Assembly: GCA_012295275.1 (NCBI GenBank)
Contig: CM022672.1
Span: 30,008,001-30,072,000, forward strand
Source of the DNA: Chrysomallon squamiferum
Lineage: Eukaryota > Animalia > Mollusca
Reading direction: 5' to 3'
DNA: 64,000 nt
In this document: in pieces, positions 44,283 to 57,994 of the stretch
Position numbering within the stretch: position 1 is the stretch's first letter
How the letters are laid out: the number at the start of each line of letters is the position of its first letter
Program-made: the position numbers and the translations under genes
The notes under the pieces: generated by a model
What the model was told of the DNA's origin: nothing
The model's input: the letters and a program-made list of their open reading frames with translations, nothing else
Database searches by the model: none

Positions 44283-44390
44283 CGCATAATAATAGGAAAA
44301 AGGACAAATGATCACATTTAGAGAAATTAATATCTTTGATGTTCTTTGTAGTTTAATTCATCTTGATAAATGCTTATAACACTAAATTGT
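42720..44390 (-). repeat. PLAAT upstream-region repeat (~1.3-1.7 kb), about 9 copies in both orientations
   Basis: Landmarks such as GGTGCACCGACTTAAGCGCTCAGGTCGATG and TTTTCACCCATCTACC recur, in whole or part, at ~22300-22640, 23620-24870, 28870-30500 and 62190-64000 (same sense) and ~34740-36060, 38230-39880, 54240-55210 and 57560-59290 (inverted). Confidence 0.85.
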
Positions 44391-44394
44391 AATA

Positions 44395-47010
44395 AAGCCT
44401 AAAACCGTCAGGCGTTTGGCCTAATGACTAAAATTTCCAGGAATTAGGGCAAATGACTAGTGTCCTATTTATTACAGCAGTTCAAACTTGAGTGACATCT
44501 TGAATTGGACAAAAAATAGTTCTTGAAATATTTACATTCTATTTGTAACCTATTTGTCTCCACACAGTTGCATTTTACAAACCCAATAATAGCCGTCTCT
44601 GGGGACACACTTCAGAATGGTTCCTGTAAAATTTGCCTTTCAGAATTCCGGATGGGTAAGCTATGGTTTACTGTCCATGATCATCAACCTCTACAATCAC
44701 TTCCAGGCTGAAACAGGCACTGCGACGTTGTCTCCTTCTTCAACACAACACAACTACGTTTGATCATCCGCTCATCTTGCTGAAACTGAGCGTCTCGGGT
44801 GAGATAACAAACTGTAAAATTTACATTAAATTTATAAAACATTTGGATTTATCTGACTGGAGTCTGCCAAGCGAAGATGATGTCAGTCCAGCACACGCCT
44901 GCATCCCAAAGAGAGCTGAACACGGTGATTGCTTGATGCAGCACTGTAGCTTCAGTTCTTCCTGAATTGAACAAATTTGATGCCTACATTCCAGTCCCTG
45001 GTATCGTTCTCGCTCATCCAGGCTACTATCATGTCTTTAATGTCTGAGTTTGCCCGCTCTACAGAGCCATGGATTTGGGAGTGTCTTGGTTTCCCGTGCT
45101 GAATAACCAACTCAGTGCACAATTCTTTCAGTTCCTTACTATAACAGCTGCAAACTCGGATCCGTTCTCATGCTTCGAAGTAAGTGGCATGAAAATACAG
45201 AACCTGGTCAAATGGTCCTGGCAAACCATGATCCACTTGTACTTTTCAATGGTTGAGGACTACATGTCTACAAGATCCAATTGGGCACGTGATGAAAACT
45301 CCTTGGTCAGAACAGGTTCGACTATCACTCCTTCGGTTGTTAGCCATTTCTTTTGACAGTCCATGCATAGCGACTGGAACAATTCGATAGATTCACGAGT
45401 CAAATTCACATATTTTTTCGATAGTTCTTTCAGCATCTGATCTCGTTCACTGTGACCTGTTGAAATGTGTGCACGCTTGATGACGTCAAAGGTTTCTTCA
45501 AAGGAAACCCTAATACAGAGGTATATCGTCATCTGTTTGGCTCTTCTTGTCCAGTTTCTTCACGTCTCCACACTGATGAATTTCAAACGTGTACATGAGG
45601 TATTACTCGCGGTGGGTTTTGTTCCTGGGGTCAACAGAGATCTTCTTTAGCTGGTCCATAATCAAGAAGTATTCTTCCTTTGGAATGTTCACTTTCTTGC
45701 ACGCTTCATACTCCTTAAACAGTTCTCTCTGAAATCCATCTTCTACAGGAACCACCATAGTGGACACATATGTGAATGTGAGCAGGAACTACTGTATTAT
45801 ATACGACCTATCAACACTGACCAATGAAGCCAGTGCCCAAAACTAATGAAACGTGTTTTGTAAGGATTAGACATGTCCTTGACATCTGAATAAGTAAACT
45901 ATAGACTCTCCGTATTAAAATCTTTGGTCTTTGATGTAACAATAACACTTCCGCTAATCCCTCCCATCTAATTGATTTTTGATGTAAGAATAACACAACA
46001 GTTAGGCAACATCTGTTCTGAAGAAGAGTGAAAATAATGTCTTTAAATTACATTTCTCAATTGTCAGTTTGACATATATGTAAGTAGTGTGCTGTTTTAT
46101 GGTAGTGGGATATGGGTGTTATTGAGAAAATTCACTTAGATTTTTGTAAAAATTGTATTTTATTTTATGGAAAAATAATTGGGTAACCTTTTTTAGGAAA
46201 ACTTTGTATGAATTGGGACTGGGATACATATGCACACAGCAGAACCGGCTTAATGAATAAAGAAAACAAATATTTATGCGTAATTAAGCAATGAATATAT
46301 GACAAAGCACGGCAGGATCTTTCAGTTCAGCTAAATACATCTGTGAAATGTGACAATTTATATAAATACATTACAGATGGTGTAACAGTTCAGTTTTATT
46401 TAGTTATATCTACACCAATGATATATAAATGATACTTAACAAAAGTGAGGCTATCTGCACATCAGCTGGCAATTTAGACTGGGAGACAAAGGAATACTGA
46501 GAGAGCAGAAAGAATATGTATATTATGTAACAGTGATTGAAGATGAGATTGAAAATAAGAAATCACTGTGTAATTTGGGAAAATATTTGTTTAAAGCATT
46601 TCAGTGTTAAAAAGTTTTGATTAGTTAGGTATAATTTATATGGTGTATTATTTGTATTCTCCAAAGGTTTTTTCCCATTTTATAATTCTGTCATTATTTG
46701 TACTTGTTGCATTTTTTATTATTGACATTGTACATCAATAAGCCATGAAGCTTACGATAATACAGAATTGAATTGAACCACTAATCCCTAAAATGAACAG
46801 ATATGTAAACAAAGCTTTAAACCCATTTGACTCATTGTCTGAATTACTATAAGGCATAATATCAAACAACACCAAATTCCAGTCATTTGGCCTAATTCCT
46901 GGACATTTTAGTCATTAGGCCTAATTCCTGGACATTTTAGTGATTAGGCCAAACGCCTGATGGTCATGGGCGTTAGGCTAAATGCCTATTTTGATATATT
47001 GACTATAACA
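44395..47010 (-). mobile_element. GingerRoot-like integrase DNA transposon with both TIRs (non-autonomous, ~2.6 kb)
   Basis: Left ACCGTCAGGCGTTTGGCCTAATGACTAAAATTTCCAGGAATTAGG is the inverted repeat of about 46915-46965; the right end finishes ...GACTATAACA. Degenerate ORF 44465-45758 from MVVPVEDGFQRELFKEY through the HHCC region and integrase core to GFVKCNC...NSRCHSSLNCCNK-stop. Confidence 0.85.
46040..46777 (+). mobile_element. RTE-X-like LINE 3' fragment nested in the integrase transposon
   Basis: IEKIHLDFCK, LYELGLGYI and RLSAHQLAI*TGRQRNTERAERICILCN motifs; ends in a short GAATTGAATTGAA tail. Confidence 0.72.
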
Positions 47011-47519
47011 CATATACCTATATATATATACGTATGTATGTATGTGTGTATGTATGTAAACACACACAAGGCCGTAACTCTATTGACGCAGATGAGGCAA
47101 ATACCTCATTTCGAAATTGATCTTTTTTTCCTTGAATACAAACATTTTCTTTAAAAAGTATTAATTTAAATCTCTATTCCGATAGAACGATATCCACTGA
47201 ATGAATTCGTTTATGTCTTCAGTTACCTTCCGATCAAAAACATAACTTACTTCAAAGACATCAGACACAAAACAGACTTATCGAACACCTGATGATTTGA
47301 GGCACACAGTATCCTAATCACACGTTTTAATCTTAGCCCGGTTCTTTCCCTGACATAATAATGATTATTAAATTTGTTCTCAATGTAATAGACAGAGCAT
47401 TAAAACAAAAATGTGTACGTGGGTGTGTGTTTATCAATAAATAAATAAAACAAAACAAAACAAATCAAAAAAATAAAATAAAATTAAATTAAATAAATAA
47501 ATGTAACAATAATAATAAC

Positions 47520-47610
<91 letters not shown>

Positions 47611-48144
47611 TAATAATAAATATTAAAAAATAACATAAAAAATGAAATGAAATAAAATAAAATAAAATATTTCATTATAATGAACTGTCGCTGGATCAGT
47701 ACTGTTGTATTTTCCACTCACAAGTTTATCAAAAGCTGTCTGTTTGTATCTAAGTATGTCCTGTCCACACTTCCACTCACCCTGTATATACTTTATTAAA
47801 TAACAGTTAACTCTAAAATTAACTATTCCATGCCGACTTGTTCCCTGTAATTTTATGAATACGTTAACTGTTCACCGAGTCATTCAGAAATAGACATTTA
47901 TGACGTGCAGTTTGAACCTCGTCAATTATTTAATAATAACAAAAATTACTTTTAGTCAAATTAAGACACATTTATATATTGTCTAAAAAGGGTCAATATG
48001 AGATATCTCCCTTACATTCGGATAAAATGAATTTTGTATCAGACACAAATTAACAAACAAATGTTTCAAATAATAAGAAAAAGAGACTCAAAAATAACAA
48101 AATGATATAATTCATGATAATACGAACAAACTTATAAACAAATA

Positions 48145-48169
48145 CTCCCCAGCTGGGAATTGAACCCCG
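48145..48169 (-). pseudogene. tRNA-Asp 3' (T-arm/acceptor) fragment
   Basis: Plus strand CTCCCCAGCTGGGAATTGAACCCCG; its 3' flank (47930-48140) resembles the 3' flanks of the copies at 14542 and 17718. Confidence 0.7.
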
Positions 48170-48244
48170 CTCTTGATATAATCAACAGTTGTACTTGAAT
48201 AATTATAACATTTAAACAATACATAACAACAATAAAAAAATATG

Positions 48245-48282
<38 letters not shown>

Positions 48283-49905
48283 TACTTATTTCCTCAGAAC
48301 ATTCACATATATTAATTGTATTTTATAGTAAAAAAAATAAAATAATTAAATAAATATTTTATCCAATTTTATGATAGAGCGATATTGATAACTTGTAGTT
48401 TGCTAAAGGATATTTGAAAATAAGTATGTCATCTTTTAATTCTAGAAAAACATTATTCTTAATGTATATGTTAATAACAGTTGAAAGTTTGTTTTGAATA
48501 TGATACTGATTAACAATGATTTCAACGCATTGACACACATAATGTATTATATTAATGTTTGTTCCTTTCATCTGAGCTATCACAGGCCTCTTGAACACTG
48601 ATATTCTATAAATTGATAGACATATATTGATAAATTCCACTGAACACTTGTTGTTTTAATTGCAAATCAAAAGAAAAACAGGTTTTCTTAATATTTGTAT
48701 ACATATTTCATCAAAGATGAGATTTTGCTATACCTATATAATTTCCACTATGTATATATTACATGATGAACTGTTCATAAATCTAAGTCTATAAATTCAG
48801 TAAATTTATCACTGTAGTGTATCCATTTCCAAACTGGTCTCCAGAATATATTAAAAGCAAGCTCAGCCATTTTTCTTCACAAGTAAGTGATTTAAAACAT
48901 TTTGAAATTAAATCAGAAAAAATTATTTTAACTGTAAATTTACTGACATTTATCTTTTGATTATTATGAAATAATCATAAATCTTTATTAGGTGTTAATC
49001 TTTTAACATTACTATTAACAGAACTTTTCTCTTCATCTGGAAGTGATTTTAGAATAACATTGTATGCTATATAACTTTGATTTTTGCGGGTAATTCCGGA
49101 GATTTTTCGTGAATAATTTCAACTATGGCTGTAAAAGGGACAAAATCTGATATTACTTCATATGCAAAATCAGCCGCTTTGATTGTTCTTGAATAAAACA
49201 GTTAAATAGTAATAATTTACTTTTATATTTAACGAATGGATTCTCAAAAAGTGGTTGAGACAATAATTCATCTGTATCAAGTGGGAAATTACGTTCTCCA
49301 TTATTAACATTGTCCCAAGCTGACAACTTTTCAGCATAAAAAGAGTTCATTACTTTTAAGGCTCTTTACTGTAAATGATCTTTAAAATGTCATAATCTAA
49401 ATTCATATTCATATATTTTCCTAGAAATTCTGACATTGTATATTTCCAAATATTTTTAATATGTAAAGGCATTTTTCTTTAATGAAATATCTTCAATATT
49501 TAGCCCACCCGACATTTTACTTCGAATTATTGTTGAATATTTCATTAAAAGTGTTTTTCCTTCACGTATAAATTTACTAAATAACTTGTGAATTTCATTT
49601 TCTACCCATTTTGGTACATTTATTGTGCTAATGATATACCACAGTCTAGATGTTAATAAAGTATTCCATACTTCAGCTTTTCTGCGTGAAGTAACTTTCC
49701 TTTGACTCCATAAATTAATTAAATTACAAATTGTATCTGATTTATTTTTCCAATTCAACCTTTCACATAACGACTTATTTGGTCCTAAATATAGACCTAG
49801 AATTTTAACACAGTCTTTATTTATCGATATCGGAATGTTAAAAGATAAGTTTTCTTTCATGGTCTTACCAAAATAAAGTACTTCTGACTTATCAACATTT
49901 ACTTT
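48170..49905 (-). mobile_element. 5'-truncated Tx1/L1-like LINE (RT C-terminus to putative 3' UTR)
   Basis: KVNVDKSEVLYFG, VKILGLYLG, NWKNK...LWSQRKVT, NTLLTSRLWY, GGLNI and C-terminal FINICLSIYRISVFKR. Confidence 0.87.
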
Positions 49906-50583
49906 ATAAATTTTGTTTTTTTAATACTTAAAATAAACATTTTCATAAATACAACTTCTTATAATAACCATAAACTTTATTTGAACATAATATCACAGGA
50001 TTTGGCCAGGTGTAACTATGAGGTAGTGTCCGTCGAATGTCACTTGAATTTGAGAGTAAAACGTGTATTAATTCACTGAAATCTTTGCATGTTCAATACG
50101 AAAATTTAATTTTCTCTCAAAATACAATCACATTTATAATTCTATCCTCAACAAAGTTTAACAGATATGTTATTTTGGTCCAAGCAAAAAACTAAAAATA
50201 ATAATAATAAAAAAAATCCTTCGTAGACGTGTGTGACCGTCGAAAGTTTGGTAACAAAAAGATTTAACTTAATACGAGATATTCTACAGCTCTTTACACA
50301 CTGATTTAATTAATGTTTGATTTTTAGAATTATTTAATTTTTTTTTAATATAAAGTAATCACCATTTTGTTATATTTGCCTGTGTTTAACACTCAGTAGC
50401 CGCCATGTTTTTTTTCGTGCTGGGGGTCGATAAACTTTCGTTAATTCCTTCATTCTAGTATGAGTTACTTCCCTTTAACTTAGCGACTTTACGTAATATA
50501 TATGTATATATATAATATATTGCATTATATTTACAAATTGGTATTAAAATGGTAATTAAGAAGAAAATAATGATGATAATAAT

Positions 50584-50618
<35 letters not shown>

Positions 50619-50824
50619 CATCAATAACAATAATACTACTACTAATAATAATGGCATAATTCTGCACATTATTTATTTTAATATATATTATGTTTAATTA
50701 TGTAATTCATATTTAAAAGTCAACACGCCGTTGACTCAGTAACATACCTAACAAAATAAAACAAATGTGTGTAGGTGCGTGAATGTTTGTGCTATAAAAT
50801 AATAATGATAAAGTAACACTTATT

Positions 50825-50922
50825 CTCCCCGGCGGGGAATCGAACCCCGGTCTCCCGCGTGACAGGCGGGGATACTTTCTTTCTTTTCTATTTTTTTATA
50901 CTCCCCACTATAGTACACAAGA
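50825..50922 (-). pseudogene. tRNA-Asp pseudogene interrupted by a 21-nt A-rich insertion with 5-bp duplication
   Basis: 3' 52 nt near perfect; insertion 50877-50897 flanked by ATACT (50872-50876 and 50898-50902); 5' 20 nt mutated. Confidence 0.85.
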
Positions 50923-51237
50923 TGTTACAATCAAATGCTGAAATTTAATGTCACATTACTGTTGTTTTTTTCACTACTATTTCACTTATGTTAATTGATA
51001 ATTATATCGTTTTTGTTTATATTCTACTGGACAGACATTACACTGACTACTTACTGAATAATCTGAAAATTTAAAACTGATACTTTAAATCTCGTAATCA
51101 CGAAACAGTAAACGATCTTGAATATTTCGACTGTCTATTACGTTTAATTAGGTGACCTTCATATAAATGAAACATGCTGTTGGCCGGTACTCAGTAATAC
51201 ACATTTGAAAAAATAATCTTAATGTGTTTGTGTGTGT

Positions 51238-51543
51238 CAGTGCCGGATTAACCTAGCAGAAACAGAAGCAAATGCTACGAGGCTTGCATTATCGAAGGCC
51301 CGGCACTAAATTTTTGCAACCTGTATGGTGAAATTTCACATAACAAGAAATCTACTCAAATATCTCGTTCGAATCTATTTTATTGCATTGCATGCTTTCG
51401 GGTTTAACTGTTGGAAGTTTCACAATTCTCTAAGCAGATATTAATTTCTGTTTATCACAAGCAAACATATTAGTTCATGACAGTGTTATTTTTTTTCTTC
51501 TAAATTTAGATCTCCTTTGTAAAATAATTATGCTATAGGCCTT
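51238..51543. mobile_element. hAT-like MITE, left part (starts CAGTGCCGGATTAA)
   Basis: hAT-type terminus; the body is homologous to 31622-31845; right TIR lost here. Confidence 0.55.
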
Positions 51544-51889
51544 AGTAATTAAAATACTGCGCTTACAATTAAACTAACTATTCGACGAAGGCCGTGCTCT
51601 GTGGGGGAAAAGATGACGTCAACAATTGACTGACGTCATTCACGGATGCAGCTTTATTAGATGCGGTCGCAGTTTCTGTTTCGTCTCAAAAAGATAAGTA
51701 AATAAATTAATTAATTGATTGATTAAGTAATAATAGAAAATATTATATTTGAAACGCCATTGAATATTACGTCTAGAAAAATTAGAAAAAGTTATCTCCA
51801 TTACAATATCCCATAAAATTAATATTAAGACAAAAACAACCAATGTATTCTATAATAAAAATTTTGAAACAAAATAATGAAAATGTTTC

Positions 51890-51961
51890 CTCCCCGGCGG
51901 GGAATTGAACCCCGGTCTCCCGCGTGACAGGCGGGGATACTCACCACTATACTACCGAGGA
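51890..51961 (-). tRNA. trnD-GTC: tRNA-Asp (GTC), intact
   Basis: Identical to the 14.5-17.8 kb copies; TATTAAA at about -27; T-runs downstream. Confidence 0.97.
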
Positions 51962-53190
51962 CGTTAGAACAAACTTTGAAATTTAATAACACATTACTTT
52001 CATGTTTCAAAAACTATTTTTGATGATATTAAAATTTATATTAAATTTTGTTTACATTCTTAATGCCACATCTATTGCTACACTACTTACCTGCTTTTAA
52101 AAATTTCAATCGCGCGCCAGTAGTTGATTTCTTAATTTTTGTTTGTTGTTTTTACTTTTAGGGCTTTTTGATGCTTGTTTTTGTTTTCGGTTTCTAGGGG
52201 ATTGTTGTTGCTTTTTCCGTGATTATTATTATTATTATTATACGCTAGAAGATCATAAAATACCATTGTTTGTTACATTATCAAGTTCTGCAATGGCTGA
52301 CATTCCCTCTTTACTATTAAAAATGGGCAGATAACAATTATCCAGCTTGTAAAGCATTTTATTTATTTTAATCGTATTCTGAGTAACAAAAACAACTAAA
52401 CGTTTTTTCAGCTTGGACTTCAAAGTTTTCAATGTACGCAGTTTCCTAATGACATAGTTATAAACGCTTTACACCGTGTTATAAATACAATTTGAATTTT
52501 TATATATAAAGTAATGACTATATTTTTGTATTTACCTGTGGTTTAACTCTCAGTTGCCGATATGTTGTTGTTTTTTTCGTGCTGGAAGGGTCGATAAACA
52601 TTCGTTAATTCCTTCATTCTAGTATGAGTTACTTCCCTTAAACTTAGCGACTTTACTTGAATTTTTTTTTTTTTTTTTTTTCACATATCTGTTAAAATAA
52701 TAATAATTATAATTACAATAATAATAATAAACAGTTTTACACATTATTTACTGTAATTTACACACATATATATGTCTTATTGCGTAATTCATATTTAAAT
52801 AACAACACGCTGTTGACTCAGTAACACACCTCACAAAATAAAACAAATGTGTGTAGATACGTGTATGTTTGTGTGCGTTTGTGTGTGTATATATAATACA
52901 TATGTGATCGCGCGTGTGTGTGTTTCAATGTGTGTGTATGTGTGTGTGTGTGTGTATGTGTGTGATTGTACTTAGCAAGTTAACATGTAACTCACCTTTT
53001 CTTTTACATTTCCTTTCTGACGTTTAGTAATTACACAGCAAACCTCACTGAACATTAACTCTAGAACAGTTAGTAAGAGTTACTCCTTTATCTCATAAAA
53101 TTAATATTTATAAAAACAAAATTAAACAAATAAATATATTAAATAATAAAAAGAATATACAGTAATCATAAAAATAAAAAAAAATAAATA

Positions 53191-53262
53191 CTCCCCGGCA
53201 GGGAATTGAACCAAGGTCTCCCGAGTGACAGGCGGGGATGCTCACGACCATACTACCCAGGA
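53191..53262 (-). pseudogene. tRNA-Asp pseudogene (paralog of 33804-33875)
   Basis: Shares the GGCAGGG, CCAAGG and CCGAGTG substitutions with the 33804 copy. Confidence 0.85.
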
Positions 53263-53276
53263 TGTTATACCTAACT

Positions 53277-54140
53277 TTGGTCAAGAAACGCCAAACAGAT
53301 GACGATATACCTCTGTACTACGTTTCCATTGACACAACTTTTGAGATAATCAAGCGCGCACACATCTCAATAGGCCAGAAAGAACTATCGAAAAAATATG
53401 TGAATTTGACACGTGAATCTATCGAATTGTTCATGTCGCTATGCATGGACTGTCAACAGAAATGGCTAAAAACGAAAGTAGTGGTCGTCCAACCTGTTCT
53501 GACCAAGCAGTTTTCATCACGTGGCCAAGTGGATTTTGTAGACATGCACTCCTTACCCATTGAAAAGGACAAGTGGATCATGGTTTACCGGGACCTTTTG
53601 ACCAGGTTCTGTATTCTCAGGCCTCTTACTTCGAAGCATGACAACGGATCCGAGTTTACAGCTGTTTTAGTAAGGAACTGATGGAATTTTGCACCGAGTT
53701 GGATATTCTGTACGGGAAACCAAGACATCCCCAAATTCTTGGCTCTGTAGAGCGGGCAAACTAAGACATTAAAGACTTGACAGTAGCCTGGATGAGCGAG
53801 AACGATACAATGGACTGGAGTCTAGCTATCAAATTTCTTCAATTCAGGAAGAACTGAAGCTACAAACTGAAGTTGTGTTGTGTTGAAGAAGGAGACAACG
53901 TCGCTGTGCCTGTTTCAGCCTGGGAGTGATCGCAGAGGTTGACGATCATGGACAGAATACCATAGCTTACCCATCCGGAATTCTGAAAGCCAAATATTAC
54001 AGGAACCAGTTTGATGTGTGTCCCCAGAGAGAGCTATTATTGGATGACGTCTTCTAGAGCAACAATGTCAAATGAGTCACCCGCAGGAGGAAAAGGGTTA
54101 CTGAAATGCAACTGTGACAAAAAGGTGTCAAACAAAACGT
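53277..54140 (+). mobile_element. KRBA2-like integrase transposon internal fragment
   Basis: ORF 53238-53681 is nearly identical to 33875-34294; extends to a GLLKCNC-like C-terminal piece near 54095-54140. Confidence 0.88.
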
Positions 54141-54335
54141 TGTAATGACTAGTTTGAAATATATATAAATATATATATATATATCTTGCTTTGAGATCAA
54201 GCCAGCAGACAGCTTCTGACGCAATCTTACAACTGAGTGTTATTAGTGTTTATCAACATGAATTAAACTACAAAGAACATTAAAGATATAAATTTTTCTA
54301 AATGTGACAATTTGTCCTTTTTCCTATTAGTGATG

Positions 54336-54422
<87 letters not shown>

Positions 54423-54734
54423 TGTAAATATAACTGAAACTGTTAAATTTATTTAAATAATAATTCGGAATGCACTTAAATAATCTTGCACACTCGAACA
54501 TTCTAAAATTAGGTATAAAAAACACTAATGAACAAGTAGTTTGTCTGCGAGAATGTGCAAAAGAGAGAAACGTACAAAGAGATATAGAACAGGAAGAAAG
54601 GTAGATGGTGAAAAACTGACAACAGTTGAAATGTTATCGTTAACAGGTGTGGCAACTTGAATAGTTCTCCTCTGACTGGGTGTAAAACGAGTGAAATATC
54701 TGACTCCCTTCCAAATGAAGAAATAAAAATATTA

Positions 54735-54765
<31 letters not shown>

Positions 54766-55429
54766 ATAGTATAATAATATAATATAATATAATATATAAG
54801 TATGTACTGTTAAACGTAACAGTAAGTATCGGGCGAGACAAAGCATAAAATATCTCAAGTACGTCGTGTGTGTGTTAGTGTGTGTTTGTATTGTATTGAA
54901 TGTGAGTATCAGGTCACATCGACCTGAGCGCTTAAGTCGGTGCACACTTAGTGTATATAGATCTAAACGAAACAAATGTTTTATTTTCAAGGCGATGTTT
55001 TCTTGCGCGCTTATGTCGTCCCACCTAGTATCAGTTCACCTTGCAGCTCTGAATATTATTTATTCTGTTTTAAATACCGTAAAGTACACACACAAACATA
55101 CACGTGAACATAAACACTGCACACCATTCTTTACTAAATAGAATAATAGGTTTGTGTAGTGTTAACTCATTTTGCTGTACATGTATATACAAGTACAAGT
55201 AGGCACAAAAGTTCTCTTTCTTTTTTCTTTTTTTTCTTTTTCTTGTTGTTGTTGTTTTGTTGGTTATTACAAAACATGACAGCATTCATGTGGTTTCCAT
55301 TGTCTGCTGAGTTGTTTACTGTGAAAATTTTAACGGGAAAAACTCTGTTCTTGGCAATTAACAATTTCGAGGAATTTCCTGTGACACGATTAGTCAGAAC
55401 AGTAACCAAAGAAATAGCAAAAAAAAAAA

Positions 55430-55460
<31 letters not shown>

Positions 55461-56020
55461 CATTAATTTTATTTTTAAAGTACATAAATAAACAAGTAAA
55501 TAATAAAACAAATAAATAAAAATTATAATAATAAATAACTGCTACCACTATTTCTATTAATAATAATTACAATAATAAGAATAATAATAGTGTTAATAAC
55601 AACAACAATAACAATAATAATAATAATAATAATAAAAAGTTTAACCAGTTGGCTGTGTAATTTGTTTTAACTGATCTGTTATTGAACGTGACAGCATTCA
55701 TATCATGATTACGTCATGTACTATGTAAAGGAAAGCTGGAAAAACCCAATTCTTGGAAATTAAAAGTTTCGGGGAAATTTCAGTTAACGGCCTTAAGGAA
55801 ACACCACTGATCATAATAATCACCTCAGAAATAAAGAAAGAAAGAAAGAAAGAAAATTACTACTACTACTACTACTGCTACTACTGCTACGTCTACTGCT
55901 GCTAGTACCGACATTACTACTGCCATTATTACTATTACTACTATACTAATAATAATAATAATACTTAGAAGAAGCAGAACAACAACAGCAACAATAACCA
56001 TTACAATAATAATAATGCAT

Positions 56021-56069
<49 letters not shown>

Positions 56070-56510
56070 TAATAATAATTATAATAATATTGTTGGAAAA
56101 GATAAAAGCATTTTTGAACTGAATCAATGCTTATGAAAAAACAAAAGAAAGAAAGAAAAAGAAAAAAAAGATAGTTACATTATTTACTGTACTGTTAATC
56201 CTCCATATATATTTTGTAACTTTATTTTTTCCAATGATTATAATTCTAATATACTAAATATAATTAGCGATTATTGCTTGCAATGTTATATATTTAAAAA
56301 AAAAACCAAGATGATGCAAACAATATTTATTTAGTGCCAAGTAAATATAACTGTTTATAGCGAATTAACCAAATTTGTTTCATGAAAAATCAAAGATTTA
56401 TTTTAAGGCTAAAACGAAATCCTATGAAATTCATTGTTTTCAAAAGTAATAAAAACGTGTAGTTTAGTCTTTCTTCTTTATTATAGTTCTCGAACTGGAA
56501 TTAGGAAACA

Positions 56511-56861
56511 TCATTCCGACTGTTCTTTCCTTTTCTTCTCTTTTCTTTTTCGAAACCAGTAGATTAAACCAACAACAACACCAACACAAGCCAGGACACT
56601 TAAACCCACAAAGGCACAAGTTGCAACAGTTTTCACCTGAAAACATTGAAAATATTATAAATAAAATATAATGAAACGAAATAAATAAGTAAGTAAGTAA
56701 ATAAGCAAATAAATAAAATATAATGAAATGAAATAAATAAGTAAATAAGTAAATAAATAAATAAAATATAATGAAATGAAATAAATAAGTAAGTAAGTAA
56801 ATAAGTAAATAAATAAATAAAATATAATGAAATGAAATAAATAAGTAAGTAAGTAAATAAG

Positions 56862-56892
<31 letters not shown>

Positions 56893-57049
56893 ATGATGAT
56901 GATAACTCACTTTATCTACCTGTCCACTTATTTCAAAACCATAACGACACCAGTTAGCGAAATGTTCACAGTTTTTAGAAAGAAGACTGTATCCAACTGG
57001 TCCAACTTCAGATAACGCTCTCTTGACAATATTCTCTTTTGATAGTGGA
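56511..57049 (-). CDS. PLAAT: PLAAT-like copy E: open exon 3-4 cassette (possible 3' half of a gene starting at 61888)
   Basis: Exon 3 (56920-57049) PLSKENIVKRALSEVGPVGYSLLSKNCEHFANWCRYGFEISGQ; exon 4 (56511-56636) VKTVATCAFVGLSVLACVGVVVGLIYWFRKRKEKKRKEQSE-stop. No disablements; expression unproven. Confidence 0.6.
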
Positions 57050-57248
57050 CTGAAATTATAACGCAGTAATTCAGATGATAAAATAAATTTTAAAATAAAT
57101 TTGTATATAAATAAATAAATAAAACAAATTACACAGACAACTGGTTTAATTTTTTTTTTATTATCATCATCATCATTATTATTAATGCTATTATTATTAT
57201 TATTATTATTATTAATACTATTATTATTGCTATTAATATTTGTAGTAC

Positions 57249-57300
<52 letters not shown>

Positions 57301-57857
57301 TGTTTATTCAAATTATAATAATTTGCTTATTGCTATAGTTATTTTTAATAGAAGCAGAAGTAGCAGTAGTTTATATATATTTTGTATTTACTTATTAATT
57401 AATTAATTATGTTATTGATTTATTGATTTATTGGTTTATTATAAAACGTCCACTTGCATATTTATGTTCTAATCCTGTCGCTGTTATATTGGGAACAAAT
57501 TTAATAATCATTATTTAAAAAATTACGAACAAATAAATAAAAAATAATAATAACATGATGATATTCTAATATTCTTTTTAAATAAAGGGTTTATGTATAT
57601 ATATATATAATTAAAAATCGTCAATTTCGGTATGAAGCATTTGCCTCTTTTGCCTCAATGTAGTATAAGATTGTTTTGAGATCGAAGCTCTTTTTACTTA
57701 CACTAAAGCAGTATCCAAAGTAACAGTGAAATGCAGATGTAAAACAAAATGAGGTGGCACAGTAAGTGAAAAAGTCAGTGGACAACATCTGCAGCAATCT
57801 TATAATTCAGTGTTCTAAGCCTCTTTAAGATGAATTAAACTACAAAGAACATGCGAG

Positions 57858-57994
<137 letters not shown>

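Noticed and set aside
37272-56910. Cys-rich ORFs such as MFSGENCCNLCRCGCRCRGLCCCCCW (37272, 41033, 56464)
   Set aside because: Alternative-frame readings of PLAAT exon 4; splice phase fixes the hydrophobic TM frame.
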